Of a stretch of 64,000 nucleotides of DNA, positions 9,451 to 19,097 are shown in pieces (positions within the stretch are counted from its first letter, which is position 1; every line of letters starts with the position of its first letter). The DNA is taken from positions 2,144,001 through 2,208,000 of the forward strand of contig CAVXXK010000001.1 in assembly GCA_963765675.1 (NCBI GenBank), written 5' to 3'. The notes beneath the pieces are model-generated. The model searched no databases, had not been told where the DNA came from, and was given only the letters and a program-made list of their open reading frames with translations. Source of the stretch: an uncultured delta proteobacterium. Its GTDB lineage: Bacteria; Desulfobacterota; Binatia; Binatales; Binataceae. The position numbers and the translations under genes are program-made.

Positions 9451-10086
9451 ATGATCGATCTCGTTATATTCGACGCCGACGGCGTCCTGTTCGATTCCGA
9501 CGCGTCGAATGTCGCCTACTACAATGCGATCTATGCGCAGATGGACGAGCCGCCGCTCGACGCTGACGAGGCGGCCAAGGCGATCTCCTACGCGACCGAG
9601 CAGGTCTTCGCGCTGCGCACGCGCGGCGACGAAGCCAAGCTCCGCAGGATGAAGGAGATCGCGCGGACGCTGGATTCGGCGCCGTTCCTGAAGCTGCTCC
9701 GTCCGCCGTTCGAGCTCCGTCCGTTCATGCTCGAGCTGCGCCGCCGCTTCCGGCTGGGGCTTGCGACCAATCGCTCGGGCACGGTTCCGGCGCTGGTCGA
9801 GCATCTTGACCTGGCTGATCTCTTCGACGCGATCGCCTGCGCTCGCGACCGCGTGCGGCCCAAACCTGCACCCGACATCCTGAACCTGTGCATCGAACGC
9901 GCAGGAGTGCCGCGCGAGCGCGCGATATACGTCGGCGACAGCCCGATCGATCGCGTCGCGGCGCTGGAGGCGGGGGTGCATTTCATCGCGGTAGGACCGC
10001 GCGTCGAGCACGACCGCCGCATCGCAAGCATCGCGGACCTGCCCTCTGCACTCGATCGTATGTTGGTCAAGCTGACTGCGCCCTGA
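9451..10086 (+). CDS. HAD-family hydrolase (phosphoglycolate phosphatase-like)
   Basis: FDADGVLFDS, ATN, KPAPD and VGDS..D motifs I-IV. Confidence 0.9.
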   Translation: MIDLVIFDADGVLFDSDASNVAYYNAIYAQMDEPPLDADEAAKAISYATEQVFALRTRGDEAKLRRMKEIARTLDSAPFLKLLRPPFELRPFMLELRRRFRLGLATNRSGTVPALVEHLDLADLFDAIACARDRVRPKPAPDILNLCIERAGVPRERAIYVGDSPIDRVAALEAGVHFIAVGPRVEHDRRIASIADLPSALDRMLVKLTAP

Positions 10087-10136
10087 GCGCGCGCAACTCA
10101 TCGGTGCGCCCATAGGAAGGGTCTGCTCTTGCGGCT

Positions 10137-10334
10137 GGCGAGATTCCTCGCGACATCTGCCCCGCAACATGAAGCACACGAAGCTATACGCGCTGTCTGA
10201 TCGCGCTCGGAGTGACACCGTTCTCCGAATTCTGTGCGACTTCCCGAAGTTGTTGTCATTCCGAGCGCGAATACACAACGCGTGTCGCGTCATGCGTAGC
10301 GCGACGAGTGACGAGCAGCGCGAAAAATCTCGCC
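10137..10334. repeat. intergenic palindromic repeat unit (GTCATTCCGAGCG/CGTC-type), homologous to 22821-22996
   Basis: Terminal GGCGAGATT/AATCTCGCC, internal CGCTCGGAGTGACA...TGTCATTCCGAGCG; shares GAAGCA.ACGAAGC.ATAC..TGTCTGATCGCGCTCGG with the second copy. Confidence 0.8.
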
Positions 10335-10363
10335 CTCGGCACGGGCACACGCTTTGGTGATGC

Positions 10364-11803
10364 TCACGCCGCGAGCTTCGAGGTGGCGCCTTCGACGACC
10401 GTTCCCGCGAAGAAATCCGGATTCGCTGCCAGATGCATCCGTGCGGGGTAGGTGAAGACGAAATCGCGATAGTCGGCGTCGGTCAGGATTCCCTTGTCCA
10501 CCAATTGATGGCTTTCGAGCAGAACGCTCGCGATATCGGGAACGTCCCAATGCCCGATATCGGAGCTGAAGATCGGTTGCAGGCGCGTGCGCTTGGGATT
10601 GGCGCGCGCGTCGAGCGCGCGGAACACGCTCGGATCGTCGGCCTCGCATCCGAAGAAAAATTTGCCGAACATCCGAGCGAAGTCCGCCTCGTCGCGAACT
10701 CCCGTCGCCGCCCATTCGTCGCGATCGGCGGCGCGATCATGGCGCGCGATACCTTCGTCGTACGCGCGGCTCATCCCGGCCGCGGTCGAAGCGTCAACGA
10801 AAGCCGCTCCGCCATATTCGCGCAGAAGGCCGTGCAGCTTTGGCCGATCCAGCAGTGCGGGGTCATAATTCTTGAGCCCTTCGAGATTGCGCTTTTCCCA
10901 ATGCTCTTCGAGCGAGTGCAGCAAATCGACCGCCCATCCCGCTCCGCATTCCAGGAATCCAAACGCCAGATCAGGAAAACGCGCGGGAACTCCGCCGAAG
11001 ATAAGCGAGCGGCACAGTTCGCCCTGCTGATACGAATGGCCCCCGATATGATTGAACATGTAGTTCGACGGTGAGCGGCGCCCGAGCGGCAGGTAGCGCA
11101 GTCCTACGCCGCCGTGAGAAGTGACGGCGATGCGCAGCTCGGTGAATTTGCGCCACACCGGATCGTAGTCGTGGAAGCTGTCGAGTCCGTAGTTGTCGAA
11201 GTACGCGGCGTTCGGAAACGCGTCGGGCGCCTTTTCATCCAGGACGGGAATCGGGCGCGCGACTCCGGGCGGAATCATCGCGACCTTGAGCCCGAGCCGC
11301 GACGCATACTCCAACTCCGCAATCGCCTCGGCGGGCGTATGCATCGGAATCGCGGCGGCGGGCACCAGCCGATCGCGGTAGGCGCCGCAGATCTCCGCGT
11401 TCATCGTGTTGAGCGCGCGGCATGCCGCCCGCCGCACGTCGGCGTCGTGGATCGTCGGGAGCGCCAGCCCAAGCGTCGGGTACATCACGGCGAAATCGAT
11501 TCCGATTTCTTCGAGCCGGTCATGCAGCAGCCGCGGCGCCATCACGGTCGCGAGGTCGTAAGCGTTGTTGCCGATTCCCCACCATGCGCCGCGCATGTCG
11601 CCCGAGTCGCGACTCCCGCGCGAACCGGTAGGATGCTCGCGCAGCTCGGCGCGATAGCGATCCGCCATCTGCGCACCGCCGATTTTGGTCAGGTAATGAT
11701 GAAACAATGGCTGCGGCTCGATCAGATGTCCGTCCGCGTCGATTACCGGATGGTCGAGTTTCGCCCGCAGCGCTTTTACGCTTCGAGATTTGTCCGATTC
11801 CAT
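10364..11803 (-). CDS. amidohydrolase family protein (Amidohydro_2)
   Basis: IDADGH, GIDFAVMYPT, YDPVW, FLECGAGW, FFGCEADD and SSDIGHWD motifs. Confidence 0.9.
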   Translation of the reverse strand: MESDKSRSVKALRAKLDHPVIDADGHLIEPQPLFHHYLTKIGGAQMADRYRAELREHPTGSRGSRDSGDMRGAWWGIGNNAYDLATVMAPRLLHDRLEEIGIDFAVMYPTLGLALPTIHDADVRRAACRALNTMNAEICGAYRDRLVPAAAIPMHTPAEAIAELEYASRLGLKVAMIPPGVARPIPVLDEKAPDAFPNAAYFDNYGLDSFHDYDPVWRKFTELRIAVTSHGGVGLRYLPLGRRSPSNYMFNHIGGHSYQQGELCRSLIFGGVPARFPDLAFGFLECGAGWAVDLLHSLEEHWEKRNLEGLKNYDPALLDRPKLHGLLREYGGAAFVDASTAAGMSRAYDEGIARHDRAADRDEWAATGVRDEADFARMFGKFFFGCEADDPSVFRALDARANPKRTRLQPIFSSDIGHWDVPDIASVLLESHQLVDKGILTDADYRDFVFTYPARMHLAANPDFFAGTVVEGATSKLAA

Positions 11804-11910
11804 GGGCCGCACACTCCTGAGGACCGGCGACAGAGCCCCTCGCCGCAATGAGCGACCGCTAGCGCGCGCTATCTCGCGCTGTCAAGGGCGAGTCTTGCGC
11901 CCAGAGATAC

Positions 11911-12159
11911 TCAGATCGGGCGATTCGGGCGCGGGCTGGTCTGCGTCGGGTTGTCGCCGTCCACAATTCCGCTCCTGCGCGCGCATCGCAGATGCATCGG
12001 CGGCGTGCCCGTTACCTGCGCTCCGAAGCCGAGCATCAGATGGCATTGGGGACAGTGCTCTGACGCGAGCCTCCTGATTGACAGGCAGGCCGGATGCCCG
12101 CACGAGCCCCGGCATGGGCCAGCAGGTTCGCCGGGAGTTGCGATAGTCAGAATTTCCAT
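11911..12159 (-). CDS. small Cys/His-rich putative zinc-binding protein (82 aa)
   Basis: GGAGG 9 nt before ATG; C-x3-C-x-H-x2-C and C-x2-C...H-x2-C motifs. Confidence 0.6.
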   Translation of the reverse strand: MEILTIATPGEPAGPCRGSCGHPACLSIRRLASEHCPQCHLMLGFGAQVTGTPPMHLRCARRSGIVDGDNPTQTSPRPNRPI

Positions 12160-12552
12160 TGCCCGGTACCTCCACGAAAAGATCGAATCGTGGCGAGCAG
12201 GATCGTCGGTGCCGCGATTTAGGCCGCGCTCCAAAGCGCGGGCCTGTGGGTCATATGACGTATCTGGCGCAACTGTCGTTTCCACCCCACCAAACTGTAT
12301 TGCTTTATACCATTAGGAGCAAATAGTAGCCAGAGGACGAAAATCTGTGTCCGCGCTGCCACAAACTGCTCATCGGAACCTCGGCGAGGGCGACCTTCGC
12401 ACGCGGAGCCGGCGTCGGCGGACGCGCGTTGACCCTCACGGCGCTAACTGGTACGCCCATTACAGGGTTGTTGAAAGAGCCGCGGACCTACAAATCGTGC
12501 CGGACGCCTTGAGAAACAGGCGTCGCGCGCCCTCAGCGCCGGGAGGTGACCC

Positions 12553-13881
12553 ATGAACCGCGCGCTAATTCTCACGATCGCAATCACTTCGTTGATCGTC
12601 GGCGTCCAGTCGGCTTTCGCGGGCGAAATGAAGCCGGAACCGGCGGTCCAGCGGGCCAAGCCCGGCGATCACATCACGGCGAAAAATGCAGCCAAGGTCG
12701 CCGACCTGGTTAGTCCCGGCAACTATGTGCTCGTGCGCCAGGGGATGGAAATGAATATCGTCCCGACTAAGGAATACAACTGGCCGGCTCCGTTCTGGAG
12801 CTCGACTGAGCAATATTCTCCGCAGGTGAAGCTCGGACCCAATGGCGAGTTGACTAACTATCTGGCGGGACTGCCGTTTCCGATGATCGATGCGAACGAT
12901 CCGAATGTCGCACAGAAGATCATGTGGAACTTCCAGTTCGGTCCCTCGTACACCGACGATCTCGACGCGCAGGATGCCTCGATCGCGAACTACGCCCCGG
13001 ATGGTTCGGGAGAGCCGTGGGCGGTTTATCCGATTGGGCACATAGCCGTTTATCGCAATGCCGGGCGCGAGGAAGTAGCCCCGGCGCCTACTGACCATGA
13101 CGGCGATACTGGGATCATGGAACGAATCGCGCTCGGACCGATTATGGTTCCGATCGAGCCGCCGTTCTGGCAATCGCCCTGGACCTCGATCGTGCGGTAT
13201 CGTTACTCGAGTCCGAAGAGGTCGGATCTGGCCTGGTCGTCAATGGGCGGTAACGACTACTGGCCGGGGCCATACCTCATGCCGGACTATCTAATGGAGA
13301 ATTCGTTCTTCGGCAATCTGGATATGGACTCGTTATTCGGCTTTGCCGGAAAATTCCAGAATTTTGATTTCAAGTTCCTGGGCGAGCGAGAGATGCTGGC
13401 GGTGGTGCACGCAAAGGATCTTCCCGCCAAGTCGTGCCAGGCCGACGGCGGCCGCACGATTTGTCCCGAGAATTGGGAGCTGCGCCATGTGTACGTTATC
13501 GAAGCCGACGCGCGCAGGCCCAGCCGGTTTGGCGATATTCCTCCGATCGCCAAAAGGATCTTGTACATCGATTCCGAAGGATGGTTTATCACCGCGTCGG
13601 ACCAATATGACCATGGCGGCCAGCTATGGAAGACGCTTGTAGTCTTCAACACGGTACGCGGCCGCGAATACCCGAACTCGAAGGCGGCGGTCTATTCGTT
13701 CGATCGGCTGTTTCAGACCGCGATGGTCGATGAAGACGTGCAAAGTGGCTATTCGACTATACTGTTCACACCCAATCCCGAGCGGCCGCAGCACGATACG
13801 TGGTTCATCAACCAGGGCATAATCTCGCAGCGCTGGATCGTCCCGCAGCGTTTCACTACGCATCGGGAATATTTCTATTGA
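12553..13881 (+). CDS. DUF1329 domain-containing exported protein, second divergent paralogue
   Basis: GGAGGTG SD; KPGDHIT.KN, LAGLPFPMIDANDP..AQKIMWN, CPENWELR and YDHGGQLWK. Confidence 0.85.
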   Translation: MNRALILTIAITSLIVGVQSAFAGEMKPEPAVQRAKPGDHITAKNAAKVADLVSPGNYVLVRQGMEMNIVPTKEYNWPAPFWSSTEQYSPQVKLGPNGELTNYLAGLPFPMIDANDPNVAQKIMWNFQFGPSYTDDLDAQDASIANYAPDGSGEPWAVYPIGHIAVYRNAGREEVAPAPTDHDGDTGIMERIALGPIMVPIEPPFWQSPWTSIVRYRYSSPKRSDLAWSSMGGNDYWPGPYLMPDYLMENSFFGNLDMDSLFGFAGKFQNFDFKFLGEREMLAVVHAKDLPAKSCQADGGRTICPENWELRHVYVIEADARRPSRFGDIPPIAKRILYIDSEGWFITASDQYDHGGQLWKTLVVFNTVRGREYPNSKAAVYSFDRLFQTAMVDEDVQSGYSTILFTPNPERPQHDTWFINQGIISQRWIVPQRFTTHREYFY

Positions 13882-14141
13882 GGGTGAGTTGGCGTGGGCG
13901 GAGCGCACCCTGATGGATGAAAATCGGATGGCGTCGCGCGGAGGTGCTTCTCAGGCAATCGACCTAACCCCTGTCCCCTTCCCGCACGGGAAGGGGAACA
14001 CCGGTCGCAAGGGCTGGAGTGGTCTGGCAAATTCCCGCCGTCACTAGCGACGCTTCGGTGCCAGGGTTGTCATCGAGGTTCGGTTTCTGACTCCCCTTCC
14101 CGTGCGGGAAGGGGTCGGGGGTTAGGTCGGTCTTCTTGGCT
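13882..14141. repeat. about 260-bp palindromic repeat unit (CCTAACCCC..CCCTTCCC..GGGAAGGGG type); inverted copy at 32661-32919
   Basis: Two inward-facing CCCCTTCCCG(CAC/TGC)GGGAAGGGG hairpins; spacer and flank also align with the reverse complement of 32661-32919. Confidence 0.85.
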
Positions 14142-14226
14142 CTGCTCTGCAACCAGGTTCATTTTCCCGTATTGCCTGATAGGTGCAGTGATTTTCTCGA
14201 GAGGTGCGCCCGGACGCGCGGCGCTT

Positions 14227-14679
14227 TCAGCCCATGACGACGTTGCCCAGGAACTCGCGCGTGCGATCGAGATGGCGCTTCAGATACGCGCGCATCAGGC
14301 GCGCGACCGCGTCGTCGAGACGGCCGAGTGCGAGCGCCCCGGCGAACTCCGAGATGGCCGCTTCCATCGCGCGATGATCTGGCGGGTCCATTTTCGCGGC
14401 CTTTAGTCCGCGACCGATCGCCTTTTTCAAATCGCCGAGGCCGCGACCGAGATGCTTTGGCGCCAGGCGCGCGAGCGCCGTGAGCGTCGCGCGCAGGTCC
14501 TTCAGCTCGGCGGCGTTGTAGTCGGCCTCGCGATCGTAGACCGCCGCCGCCCGCGCGAGCATCGCCACCACGTACGCCGCTTGTCCCTGTGCATAGGGAG
14601 AAGTCAATTCGGGCATCAGGATTCCGCCCACGGTTCCCTGCAGGCTCGTCAGCAATTCCTTGATCGTTGGTCGAAGCAT
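14227..14679 (-). CDS. small helical partner protein of the phosphotransferase (DUF6285/LvaB-like)
   Basis: RPTIKELL.SL...ILMPEL N-terminus; directly downstream of an APH-family kinase. Confidence 0.6.
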   Translation of the reverse strand: MLRPTIKELLTSLQGTVGGILMPELTSPYAQGQAAYVVAMLARAAAVYDREADYNAAELKDLRATLTALARLAPKHLGRGLGDLKKAIGRGLKAAKMDPPDHRAMEAAISEFAGALALGRLDDAVARLMRAYLKRHLDRTREFLGNVVMG

Positions 14680-14694
14680 CGCGCTCGCAATCCC

Positions 14695-15699
14695 CTAGAT
14701 GAGCTTCAGTTGCAGCGCCAGGTCGTCGCACAGCGGCGCGAGCAGTTGTTCCAGAAACGGCATCTGCGCGTCGGCGGTGCGGCCTTGGGTGAAGTCGCAC
14801 ACGCCGGTCAGGCAGATCGTCGCCATCTTGGCGTTGCCGAGCACCTGGTAGAAGAACAGCCGCGCGCGATCGACACTGCGGCCGGTCTTTTCCTCGTACA
14901 GGCGATAGAACGCCTCGCGCTCCATCAGTCCGGCGGCAACTTCGCCGCGTCCCCAGAACATCATCGACGCCCACGCGAGGTCTTCCATCGGATCGCCGAG
15001 ATGCGTCATCTCCCAATCCAGCATCGCGAGCATCCCGCTGTCGTCGTAGAGATAATTTCCTGAACGATAGTCGCCGTGCACGATCACGACCCGATCGGTG
15101 ACGACCGGGTTGGCGGCGAGCCACGCGAACGCCGCGTCGAGGATCGGATAATGCTCGCCCATCCGGTCGCGGTCGTAGATTTCGCGCCAATGCGCGGTCT
15201 GGGCGCGTGCGGAATCGGCCAGGTCTATAGGTTCGCCCAGGAACTCGAGTCCGAGCGCGTGATAGTCAAGTGACTGGAGCTTGGCCAGCTCTTCGAGAAA
15301 TTGATGCGCGACTTTCTCGCGCAACGCGGCCGGCTCGGTCTCGGGAAATGCGCCGCCCGACGTTCGTCCACCCGCGCGATGCATGATGAAGAACGGACGA
15401 TCCATCACCGCCGGATCGAGCTCCAGGTACAGCGGTTCGGGCACGCGCAACCCGGCGCGGTACATTGCTTCGAGCACGCGAAACTCGCGCTCGCGATCGG
15501 ATTTGAGCAATCCTCCCGTCGGATCGCGCCGACCGATTAGCGGTCGCGAGCGCGGCTCGCCGCCGTCGTTCCATTCGAGCTCGAACGCGTAGGTCTCGCG
15601 CGAGGAGCCGCCGGAGATACGCTTGAGTCCTTGCACGCGGAGGTCTTCCGCCTGCGGCATCGCGCGCTTCAGATATTCGGTTAGTCGTGGATGGTCCAT
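14695..15699 (-). CDS. APH-family phosphotransferase (ACAD10/11 kinase-like, LvaA-like)
   Basis: GGSSRET, REFRVL, VHGDYRSGN and LDWEMTHLGDPMEDLAW. Confidence 0.9.
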   Translation of the reverse strand: MDHPRLTEYLKRAMPQAEDLRVQGLKRISGGSSRETYAFELEWNDGGEPRSRPLIGRRDPTGGLLKSDREREFRVLEAMYRAGLRVPEPLYLELDPAVMDRPFFIMHRAGGRTSGGAFPETEPAALREKVAHQFLEELAKLQSLDYHALGLEFLGEPIDLADSARAQTAHWREIYDRDRMGEHYPILDAAFAWLAANPVVTDRVVIVHGDYRSGNYLYDDSGMLAMLDWEMTHLGDPMEDLAWASMMFWGRGEVAAGLMEREAFYRLYEEKTGRSVDRARLFFYQVLGNAKMATICLTGVCDFTQGRTADAQMPFLEQLLAPLCDDLALQLKLI

Positions 15700-15725
15700 G
15701 CCTCTATTGTGGCGCGCCTCCGGAG

Positions 15726-16523
15726 CTAAGGTGTCGTCGGAACCGCGGGCGGCACGGTCAGCGTGTTGGGTGGAGCAGCGGGCGAACCGCTACCAGCGGG
15801 CACGCCGGGCGGCGCGGCCGCATTCATTTGATCGACAGAGGCCTGTAGCTGGTCAGCCTCGGCATTCTTGCCGTGCGCGCGAAGCTGGCGCTCGACGGAC
15901 GCCGCGTCGTGACGGAAGTCATCCATCTGCGCGGCGCTCGGCGGTGCAGTCGCCGCGACTGCAGCGAGGGTCTGTTGCGTGAGCTGTTGCAATTGCTGCG
16001 AGAGTACATTTGGAGAAGTGCCCGCACCCGGCGACGCCGCAGGCGAGGGCGCGGTGGCCTGCATCTTTGCGAACAGGTTGGCGTAGCGTTTGGCGATCGT
16101 CGTCGGCCCGAGGCTCGATTCGAACAGCGCCGCCTGGCTCTGATTCGACGCGCCGTAGATGACCGCACCCTCGGGCGCGTACGCGCTCGAGAGATCCCGA
16201 TTCTCGAGTTCGAGCGAAGGGCCGACGCCGGTGCCGGACAGGATCAGAATTGAATCGACGCGCACGCTCTCCGAATATCCCGAGTTGATCGTAATCGCGG
16301 CCTGGGAGTCGCCGGTGGCAAGCGGCGTCACTCCTGTCACGGTGCCGATAGTCGTGCCGCCATGGATCACAGGATCGCCGGGACCGAGGCCGTCGGGCGC
16401 GTCGAGCACGGTCGAAAAGTGCGCCGGTCCGGCGCATGCCGAGAGCGCGAAGGCGAGTACGATCGCAATCGCGCAGCCGAAACTCCGCGCGACGATTGCC
16501 AGGATTTTGCGCATCAGCCGCAC
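15726..16523 (-). CDS. MCE/MlaD-domain lipoprotein
   Basis: Lipobox LSAC; DGLGPGDPVIHGGTTIGTVTGV MCE signature; helical and Pro-rich C-terminus. Confidence 0.75.
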   Translation of the reverse strand: MRLMRKILAIVARSFGCAIAIVLAFALSACAGPAHFSTVLDAPDGLGPGDPVIHGGTTIGTVTGVTPLATGDSQAAITINSGYSESVRVDSILILSGTGVGPSLELENRDLSSAYAPEGAVIYGASNQSQAALFESSLGPTTIAKRYANLFAKMQATAPSPAASPGAGTSPNVLSQQLQQLTQQTLAAVAATAPPSAAQMDDFRHDAASVERQLRAHGKNAEADQLQASVDQMNAAAPPGVPAGSGSPAAPPNTLTVPPAVPTTP

Positions 16524-17442
16524 TTACGCGAACGCCGGCATCACCTCGTGCGCGAACAACTCGACCGACTGGGGCTGATTAAAGTCCGCGAACATGATCG
16601 TGAAGGTGTGGATGCCCATCGCGACGCGCTTCTTGAGCTCTTCGACCACCACCTTCGGCGTGCCCTTGATCGCGGTCGAAGCGAACGGCAGCGCCTGCGC
16701 CATCTTCCACTTCTGCTCGACCTCGGCGTCGGTCGCGCCGATCGCGATCAGCAACTGCTCGGAGATATCGATATGGTTGATATCGCGGTCCACGTCCTTG
16801 CAATGCTGCTTCAGCACGCCCAGCTTGTGCTCGAAACTGGTGTAGCCGGCGGGGCAGTTCCAGCGGTCGGCGTAGCGCGCGACCAGCTTCAGCATCACCT
16901 TCTCTCCGCTGCCGCCAATTGTGATCGGAGGATGCGGCTTCTGCACCGGCTTGGGACTGTTGATCGCTTCGTCGATCGTGTAATGCCGCCCCTTAAACGT
17001 CGCGCGCTTCTCCGTGAACATCATCCGCAGAATATGCACGCCTTCCTCGAACTGCTTGAGCCGCACGCCCATCGAGGGGAACTCGTATCCGTAGGCCTTG
17101 TATTCCTCGTTCATCCAGCCGGCGCCGATTCCGACTTCGAGGCGTCCGTTCGAGATCTGATCGATCGTGGTCAGCGACTTCGCGAGCAGCGCCGGGTTGC
17201 GGTACGAGTTGCAGATGACCAGCGTGCCGATGCGGATTTTTTCGGTGCGCGCGGCGAGTCCCGCCATCGCGGTCAGGCATTCGATATGGTCGAGATCCGG
17301 CATCCCGCGGGTCCACATGTGATCGACCAGCCAGATCGAATGATAGCCGAGCTTTTCGCAGAGCAGCGCGCGTTCGAGCAGCCCCTTGAAGTTGAGTCCG
17401 GCCTGCGGAGAGAACAAGGCGAATTGCGGTTTCTGTGGCCAT
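16524..17442 (-). CDS. LLM-class (luciferase-like) flavin/F420-dependent oxidoreductase; one extra base near the start
   Basis: GYHSIWLVDH, RNPALLAK..TIDQISNGRLEVGIGAGW and PPITIGGSG; the SD-preceded ATG at 17442 is one base out of frame (919 nt). Confidence 0.85.
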
Positions 17443-17579
17443 CGTAAAAACTCCCACCTGATGATTGCGAAGAATCGGGTTACCGCAATGGTTTCGCACG
17501 GCTTGTGGCGAAGGGTCAACCGCCGATGCACCGTGGCGGTCCGGATGCTATAAGAGCGCGGCAACCCGGAGGGTTATCG

Positions 17580-18785
17580 ATGGCACTGCCAGGCGCATCC
17601 AGAGAACCGCGAAAGGCGGCAATCCTCTTACGATTCGCGCGAATCGCAATCGCGACAGCTTTCCTGCTCGTCGTGGGATTCATTCCTCGCGCGGCGAGCG
17701 CGGCGCCGCGGCCGAGCGCCGAGGCGCAGTTCACCAACGCCGGCGGTCCGCGCGCGATCGAGAAGGCGCCCGGAGTTTACGAATGGCGCTATATCGCGAA
17801 GCCCGGGCCGACCGAATACGACGAGATCGCGCTGCATCGAATTGCGCTCGGCCCCCAGCTCGAGGCGCATCGCGCGATCACGGTGCTCTATCTCCCGGGC
17901 ACCAACATGAACGGCGAGGCCGTGCTCGAGAATCCGCGCTACTCCTTTCCGGTCTATCTGGCCGCACACGGCGTCGACGTGTGGACGATGGACTATCGCA
18001 CGCATTTCGTTCCTGCCGCGGTTCCAGTAAGCGTGATCGCGCCGGTGATGAGGCGCTGGACCAACGAGCTGTTCGCCGGCGATATCGAATCGGCGGCGGA
18101 ATTTATTCTGAACCAGACCAAGTCGGACAAGATCTTTGTCGCGGGCTTCAGCCGCGGAGTCGAGTTCGCCTACCTGTTCGCCGCGATTCATCCGGCGCAG
18201 GTTCGCGGGATTATCGCGCTCGACGGCTTTCTGCCGCGCCATCCGACCGCGCAGCAGCCGCCCGACCGAATCGTCGACGATATCGGCGGCGCGCATTTGA
18301 CCTACGAGAAGCGGCGGACGCTGATGCAGTTTGTGATCGACAATCCGGACGGTCCGGCGCCGATTCCGAAATACAAAACCGCGCGCGAGAACCTGATTCA
18401 TGTCGTCTATGACGCCAAGGATTTCGGCGGCAAGGGAGGACTTGCCAATCCTGTTGACGGCCACTCCGATCCGGTTGTGCTGGCGCGCTTGCTGATCGGC
18501 TACGATCGCTATTGGCCCGCGGTGCAGGATTACGAAAATCCGTTCACGCCGCCGCGCCTGCAGGCGCTCAACGCGTCGAAGATTCCGGTGATCGCATTCT
18601 CGAGCACCAATATCGCCACCGACTGGCCGGCGTGGGTGTACGAATCCGCAACGTCCACCGGGACCAGCAATCCGACCTTCACCAAGTTTCCCGGATGGGG
18701 CCATCTGGACGTGCTATGCGGGAACGCCGCCGAGGCCGAGGTCTTTGCGCGGACGCTCGAATGGCTCAGGCGGCATGCGAAGTAG
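17580..18785 (+). CDS. exported alpha/beta-fold hydrolase
   Basis: GGAGG upstream; signal-like segment; LYLPG, DVWTMDYR, GFSRG nucleophile elbow and GHLD. Confidence 0.82.
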   Translation: MALPGASREPRKAAILLRFARIAIATAFLLVVGFIPRAASAAPRPSAEAQFTNAGGPRAIEKAPGVYEWRYIAKPGPTEYDEIALHRIALGPQLEAHRAITVLYLPGTNMNGEAVLENPRYSFPVYLAAHGVDVWTMDYRTHFVPAAVPVSVIAPVMRRWTNELFAGDIESAAEFILNQTKSDKIFVAGFSRGVEFAYLFAAIHPAQVRGIIALDGFLPRHPTAQQPPDRIVDDIGGAHLTYEKRRTLMQFVIDNPDGPAPIPKYKTARENLIHVVYDAKDFGGKGGLANPVDGHSDPVVLARLLIGYDRYWPAVQDYENPFTPPRLQALNASKIPVIAFSSTNIATDWPAWVYESATSTGTSNPTFTKFPGWGHLDVLCGNAAEAEVFARTLEWLRRHAK

Positions 18786-19053
18786 GCGGATAGGCGGGAG
18801 GCTCCGGACGCGCCGTGCGCTCGGCGGATACGGCAGGCAGTATCAGAACAGCCGCGAGCGTCCACATCCCGAAAATTCCGGCGGCCGCCCAAAGGGACGC
18901 GCGGCGTCCGCGGCGCGCGGCGATCACGGCGATCAGCGGCGCGAGCGCGAGGTCGACCACGATCGAGGTTGCGATGATCGTCTCGGGAGCGAGCCGGTTG
19001 CCCATCAAGGCAAAGCCCGAAGTGATGCTCAGGATAGTCGCTAGGGTATCCAT
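18766..19053 (-). CDS. small integral membrane protein
   Basis: Hydrophobic helices with IAARRGR...W...G.FG...L pattern. Confidence 0.6.
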   Translation of the reverse strand: MDTLATILSITSGFALMGNRLAPETIIATSIVVDLALAPLIAVIAARRGRRASLWAAAGIFGMWTLAAVLILPAVSAERTARPEPPAYPPTSHAA

Positions 19054-19097
19054 CGTTTTTGCGCCGCTGCGCCGCATCCATGATATAGTCACAAGCC

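Noticed and set aside
12449-12464. Sigma54-like TGGTACGCCCATTACA upstream of the second DUF1329
   Set aside because: Lacks the conserved GC at -12; an overlapping TTGACC-N17-TACGCC sigma70-like reading is at least as plausible.
17443-17564. Upstream in-frame start for the LLM gene at 17564
   Set aside because: The extension looks non-coding; the SD-led ATG at 17442 plus one inserted base explains the sequence better.
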